In this document: positions 58,601 through 64,000 of the stretch, in pieces
How the letters are laid out: each line of letters begins with the position of its first letter
Numbering within the stretch: the first letter of the stretch is position 1
Assembly: GCA_965112735.1 (NCBI GenBank)
Contig: OZ218953.1
Span: 2,480,001-2,544,000 of the forward strand
Source: Phaeosaccion multiseriatum
Taxonomy: Eukaryota; Protista; Ochrophyta, other classes
Reading direction: 5' to 3'
Length of the DNA stretch: 64,000 nucleotides
Position numbers and translations under genes: made by a program
Notes under the pieces: generated by a model
What the model was told of the DNA's origin: nothing
The model's database searches: none
The model's input: only the letters and a program-made list of their open reading frames with translations

Positions 58601-60296
58601 GTATGCGCAAGGTTGAATTGTTCATAGGAAAGTTCGAATTTCACACTCCGTTTCCCCTTGCTTCGCGCGCTCTCTCTGCCTCCCTCTCTCTCCTCCTCCT
58701 CCTCCTCCTCCTCCTCCTCCTCCTCCTCCTCCTCCTCCTCCTCCTCCTCCTCCTCCTCCTCCTCCTCCTCCTCCTCCTCCTCCTCCTCCTCCTCCTCCTC
58801 CTCCTCCTCCTCCTCCTCCTCCTCCTCCTCCTCCTCCTCCTCCTCCTCCTCCTCCTCCTCCTCCTCCTCCTCCTCCTCCTCCTCCTCCTCCTCCTCCTCC
58901 TCCTCCTCCTCCTCCTCCTCCTCCTCCTCCTCCTCCTCCTCCTCCTCCTCCTCCTCCTCCTCCTCCTCCTCCTCCTCCTCCTCCTCCTCCTCCTCCTCCT
59001 CCTCCTCCTCCTCCTCCTCCTCCTCCTCCTCCTCCTCCTCCTCCTCCTCCTCCTCCTCCTCCTCCTCCTCCTCCTCCTCCTCCTCCTCCTCCTCCTCCTC
59101 CTCCTCCTCCTCCTCCTCCTCCTCCTCCTCCTCCTCCTCCTCCTCCTCCTCCTCCTCCTCCTCCTCCTCCTCCTCCTCCTCCTCCTCCTCCTCCTCCTCC
59201 TCCTCCTCCTCCTCCTCCTCCTCCTCCTCCTCCTCCTCCTCCTCCTCCTCCTCCTCCTCCTCCTCCTCCTCCTCCTCCTCCTCCTCCTCCTCCTCCTCCT
59301 CCTCCTCCTCCTCCTCCTCCTCCTCCTCCTCCTCCTCCTCCTCCTCCTCCTCCTCCTCCTCCTCCTCCTCCTCCTCCTCCTCCTCCTCCTCCTCCTCCTC
59401 CTCCTCCTCCTCCTCCTCCTTCTCCCCCTCCTCCTCCTCCCTCCTTCTCCCCCTCCTCCTCCTCTTCCTCCTCCTCGTCCCTCAGATATGCCATGCTCAA
59501 AGGCCACTCCCTGCAAGCCACACACAACGCCGTCTTCGTGCACAGAGCCATCCTGCCCCTCATCTCCACCGTCCACAGCGCAGTCGTGGCCACCGGACTG
59601 GGGGCAGGACGAAGAGCCACGCTGGGCAACAAGGGTGGCGTGGGCATTGGCTTCACCATTGGCCGCACCTCTTGCTTGTTCGTCAATGCCCACCTGGCAG
59701 CCCACCAGAGCAACGTGCGCCAGCGGAACGAGCATTTTGCCAAGATTGAGGCCGGCCTGGCCAGGGACTTTGGCGCCTTTGAGGCCGAGCGGAGGAGCAG
59801 GAGGAGGATACAGGTGGAGGCAGCCAAGGCGGCGGCGGCGGCGGCAAAGGCGAAGGGGGCTACTACTACTAGTACCGGCGCTGCTGCTGTCGCTGCTGCT
59901 GCTGCCTCTGCTCATGCTGCTTCTGCTGTTGCTGCTGCTGCTGTGGCAGGGGGGGGAGGTGGTCATGCTGCTTCTGCTGTTGAGGCATCTCGTGCGCTTC
60001 CGGACGGGACACAGGCGAAGAGGGAAGAAGGCGAGGAGAGGGAAGCGGAGGAAAAGACGGGCGAAGTGAAGGAGGAGCAAGGCGACGCCGCCCACGCCGG
60101 CCTCGAGGAGTCGCCCCCACCAGCAACAGCAGTTGGCGATACAGCAGCAGCAGCAGCAGGAGCAGGAGCAGGAGCAGCAGCAGTAGAAGCCGGTGATACA
60201 GCAGCAGCAGGAATAGTAGAGTCAGGGCCGATGGAGGCGCAGGGAGGAGCCGCCAAGCCAGCAGCCGCTGCAACCGCCGCCAACGGAGCATCAACA

Positions 60297-60346
<50 letters not shown>

Positions 60347-61382
60347 AACGGCAAGCCCTGACAGGTCAAAGCCCTCCCCCTCCCCCCCTCGAGAAGCGAG
60401 AGCAGCGGGAGGTGGGGGTGGGAGCGGCCAGAGGCCAAAAATCAGTCTGGGATTGGTGGATATGTTCGATCGTGTGGTGTGGAGCGGCGACTTGAACTAC
60501 CGCATCAACGCGGAGCGGGGGTTGATGGACGTGTTGCTGGACAAGTGTCTGCATGAGGTGATGGTGAGCAACGAGCAGCTCGGGAGGGCACGGGGGGAGG
60601 GCAGCGCGTTTCAAGGCTTTACGGAGGGGCCACTTAACTTTCGGTAAGGAGAGAGCGAGAGAGAGAGAGAGAGAGAGAGAGACAACGAGAGAATGAGATA
60701 GCGAGACTGAGAGAGAGAATGAATAAGGAAGAGAATGAGAGAATGAGAGAGACAAAGAGAGGATGAGAGAGAGAGATATGCAGAGCGCACATCTCTGATA
60801 TACGCAGGCCTCCCCCCTTCCTCTCCCTCCCCCTCCCAAACCCACAGGCCCACGTACAAGTTCGACAAGGGCACAGACGTGTACGACAGTTCCGCCAAGC
60901 AGCGCGTGCCCGCCTGGACAGACCGCATCTTGTTCAAGAGAGAGGGGCTGGACCTGCTCACGTACAAGTCGGTGCCGGAGCTGCGCACGAGCGACCATCG
61001 TCCGGTCTTCGCCACCTTCATCATGGCAGTCGAGGGTCTAGTTTCGGAGGGAGGAGGAGGAGGAGGAGGAGGAGGAGGAGGAGGAGGAGGAGGAGGAGGA
61101 GGAGGGGGAGGGGGAGGGGGAGGGGGAGGGGAGGGAGCGAAGAGCCAGCAGCAGCCGCAGCAGCGGCAGCGGCAGCAGCAGGAGGAGGAGGAGGAGGAGC
61201 AGGAGGGGGAGGAGAAGGGGGGGAAAGAGGAGCAGGAGGGGGAGGAGGGGGGCGGGAGGAGATCTGGAGGGGTTGCTAGGGGAACGTGGGGGGGCACGGA
61301 GAGAGAAGGCTTTGGGCATGCGGGGGCGGGGGAGGGCGTGGTGACAGACACCACCACCAGTCAGGTATGCGTAGTGAGCTGA
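55700..61382 (+). CDS. Inositol polyphosphate 5-phosphatase, INPP5E-like, with C-terminal CaaX (CVVS)
   Basis: Exons 55700(or 55640)-58497, 59486-60643, 60848-61382. Motifs [81 protein letters not shown]. Long acidic low-complexity N-terminus. Confidence 0.9.
58670..59475. repeat. Very long (CCT)n trinucleotide tract in intron
   Basis: About 750 bp of perfect CCT immediately upstream of the acceptor at 59485. Confidence 0.95.
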
Positions 61383-63130
61383 GCTGAGCTGAGCTGAACA
61401 CTTGCATACTTGCCCAGAGTCTGTTCGGTTCATTAGAGCTTAACCAAATTATCGAGCCCCTGCTCCAAGGGGTATCGATCCTGTGCACCACTCGTACTAG
61501 TGGTAGCGCAGCATCACCATAACATGAGTTACAAAGGATGTCGAGGAGGATGTTTAGTTTTTATTTGTATATAAAGTAGTTGGCATTGCATAGAAGAAAT
61601 TAAAGTACTCTTTCTTGTGTGTGCTTTTGTGTGTGTGTTTTTTTTGCTTTTGCTCTCACTTTCAGCGCCTCAGAAGCTTGTATCGACGAAAGTTGTTGAA
61701 GATACAGCACAACAAAGGAGCCTTCTCAAACCCTCTCCCATCCCGTGGCCCCCACTCACTGCTGCCTTGTCTTTCTTCCATCTCCCACACGTTATCATAT
61801 CCCCCCCCCCCCCTTCTCCTTCAGCCTCGCAGCAGAGACATGTCTATCAATCAAACCTCAACCCGTATAGCTTGCTGAGGTCTTGCTGTTGCTGCTGCCA
61901 TCCGCTGCCATCTGCTGCCCATCCATCACCATCCTCCCTTTCATCGCCCCCCCTCTCCTCTCAGGCCGCCGCTGTGCCTGCCTGCCCCCCTTCTCTCTGC
62001 GCCTTTCGCACCCTTCTCTCCCGCAGGGCGTTCGTTGTTGCCTCACAGCCTTCTTCCTCTGCCCCCTCCTCTTTCGTCCGTCAGTCCATTCCCCTCACAC
62101 GACTCTCTCACTAATCGCTCATCCCTCACGCGCCCACGCTCCTTCACCGCGATGAGGCAAGACACATCCCATCCATGTCCATCTCCAGCGGTACTCACCC
62201 CGCACGCACTACTCGTCGCCACTCGTTGTCAATCAATCACACGAGTGTGTTTTCTCTTCCTCCTCCTTCCGCGGCCCTGCCTCTGGCATCGCAGCAGCCC
62301 GCAGTCCCCGTCTCGCTCTCTTCCTCCGCTCCTTGCCTCGTCTATTCCCAAGGGGTCTTGTTTTTCATTGTTTCGGCTTCTCGTCGCTCTGCTCTGCCCA
62401 TCGGCCGGGGGGGGGGGCTGGCTGTGCTTGCTCCTTTCAGCTCCCCCCGCCCTCCACCTTCTTTCTCAATTCCTCCTCCGTCAGTCATCTTCTCCCTTCC
62501 CTTCCCTTCCATCCATCCATCCCCAGCCACTGACGTATCCGCCCGTCGCCTCTTCTGCTGCTCCTTCCGCCAAGGTGCAGCGATTCCCTGTCATATCCAA
62601 TCCATCCCCCCCCCAAGAGGAGAGGGGAATTATAACCCCCTCCCATGCCCCCCCCCCCCCGCCCGATCAGATGACGTGCATTGGCCACCCTTCTCCCCCC
62701 CAGGGGAGCGTGTGCCATCAATCGCAGTACACTGGTATCGCTGTCCCCCCTTCACTGCTCGCCGTAGATATAACTTTATAAAGTCTCAAAACAATACCCA
62801 ACTCCATGTCAGGTGTTCTCATGTTGTATCCGAGAAGACAAAAAAAAATCGGGATGAGCTCTGTAGGTCTTCGGCAGCACAAGTGTAGGCGCCGCTCGCT
62901 GCTGTTCCCCTCTCCTCCCTTCCTCCTCCTCTTCCCATTCCTTCTCCCACCCCCCCCCCCCCCCAATCCGTTGCCACCTTCCTCGCACATCGTATCTCTC
63001 TCCCTCTCGACATTGACCCGGTCGGTCTCAAGAAGCGGTGCACTCTCCCCTCCGCCCTGCCTGCCACCTCACAATATGACTCTAAATATATAAAATATAC
63101 CGCACCTCTCATTCGCATGCGTTTGTCCCA

Positions 63131-64000
63131 TTATGAAGCCTCCACTTTATTCCGCTGCTGCTGCCCCTTGTAGCCTCCTCCTCCTCCTCCTCCTCCTCCC
63201 CCTCCTCCCTTGCCCCCCTCCGCTCCGTCCCGGTGGTCCCCTCCGCCCCTGCCCCCCTCTCCTCGGTCTCGTCGTCGCATGTTGTCCCTTCGGTCGTCTC
63301 CATGCCCCCCTCGGTCTCCTCCTCCCCCTCCTCCGCGGTTCCTGCGCTCTCCCCTGCCGGCACCCTCTCCGTCTCCCCTGTCCCGTCCGCCTCGCCCCCC
63401 TCTGTCAGCTCCTCGCCGTGAGCCGCGGTCACCACGCCCTCCTTCCCTGCGGTCGCCGCCGTCACGTCCTGTATGAGGTATCGACGCACAGAGACATGAG
63501 AGATACATAAGAGGCGGGCGGGCGGCAGGTGAGTGGACCGACAATGCCCGAGTAAGCTTCTGCATTCAAACAAATTCTCCTGACTCGCAGCCTCGCATGC
63601 CCTCCTGACTCGCAGACTTTCCATTCACAACAACGGTCGACATACACCAAAATTTCCTTCTCAACGTCTTGTACGCACACACATACATATATACATACAT
63701 ACATACATGCGGTCGCACAAAATTCAATTCAGGGAGCGGTAACTCACCCCCCTACCCCTCCGCGCGCACACGCCCATACACACACCCACCCACACACCAA
63801 CACTTCACACACCCACACACCCGATCGTCCTCCGCTGTGCCTGGGCTCGATAGTGAGCATCTTGTCCGCGAGGGCCATGGAGCGCTTGCCCTGCAGGGCG
63901 CGAGTCACGGCCTCGGTGCTGCTGAAGTCAACGAAGGCGAAGCCCCTGTCGCCCTTGACGCTGATGCCTGTGACGGTTCCGAAGTCCTTGAAGAGCTCCT
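63131..64000 (-). CDS. 3' part of an RRM plus RGG-rich RNA-binding protein (G3BP-like C-terminus), 5' end beyond window
   Basis: Exon >64000-63821 encodes ELFKDFGTVTGISVKGDRGFAFVDFSSTEAVTRAL...LTIEPR (RNP1 = RGFAFVDF). A phase-1 intron leads to exon 63468-63131, an RG/RGG/RD-rich tail ending NKVEAS*. Confidence 0.8.

Noticed and set aside
58603-60095. Long poly-Leu/Ser/Gly/Arg ORFs of 363-488 aa
   Set aside because: Artefacts of the intronic (CCT)n tract; the real phosphatase frame splices 58497 to 59486.
61615-63118. Multiple short ORFs between the phosphatase and RRM genes
   Set aside because: Pyrimidine-rich low-complexity sequence, most likely a long 3' UTR or intergenic DNA; no recognisable protein signal.

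Overview
Eukaryotic, GC-rich, intron-containing genomic DNA full of microsatellites. It is most likely from a flagellated photosynthetic stramenopile (ochrophyte): a Cpn20 carries a signal peptide with an AQA-FV plastid cleavage motif, centriole/cilium genes are present, and an LRR gene has brown-algal-style one-repeat-per-72-nt exons. Most ORFs in the six-frame track are low-complexity shadows. Manual splice tracing supports 13 genes, in order: PPR protein (-, runs off left edge); TBCC/RP2-CEP19 fusion (+); 7-repeat LRR/coiled-coil protein (+); plastid Cpn20 (+); hypothetical protein (-); FOR20/CEP20 (+); a giant 26-exon gene (-, 18614-41053, ~4775 aa); UTP15 (+); Upf1/IGHMBP2-like SF1B helicase (-); low-complexity hypothetical protein (+); DnaJ-thioredoxin-ARMET_C protein (-); INPP5E-like 5-phosphatase with a CaaX motif (+); and the 3' end of an RRM/RGG protein (-). 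A foldback MITE with a TA target duplication lies at 18035-18430. The standout is the giant gene, which joins a soluble (ADCY10-type) adenylyl cyclase, a probable degenerate cNMP-binding domain, a STAND NTPase, PH, C2 and GYF_2-like domains and a class I cyclic-nucleotide phosphodiesterase in one reading frame, i.e. a predicted self-contained cAMP synthesis and degradation protein. All gene models and domain calls were made by eye and need HMM and transcript confirmation.
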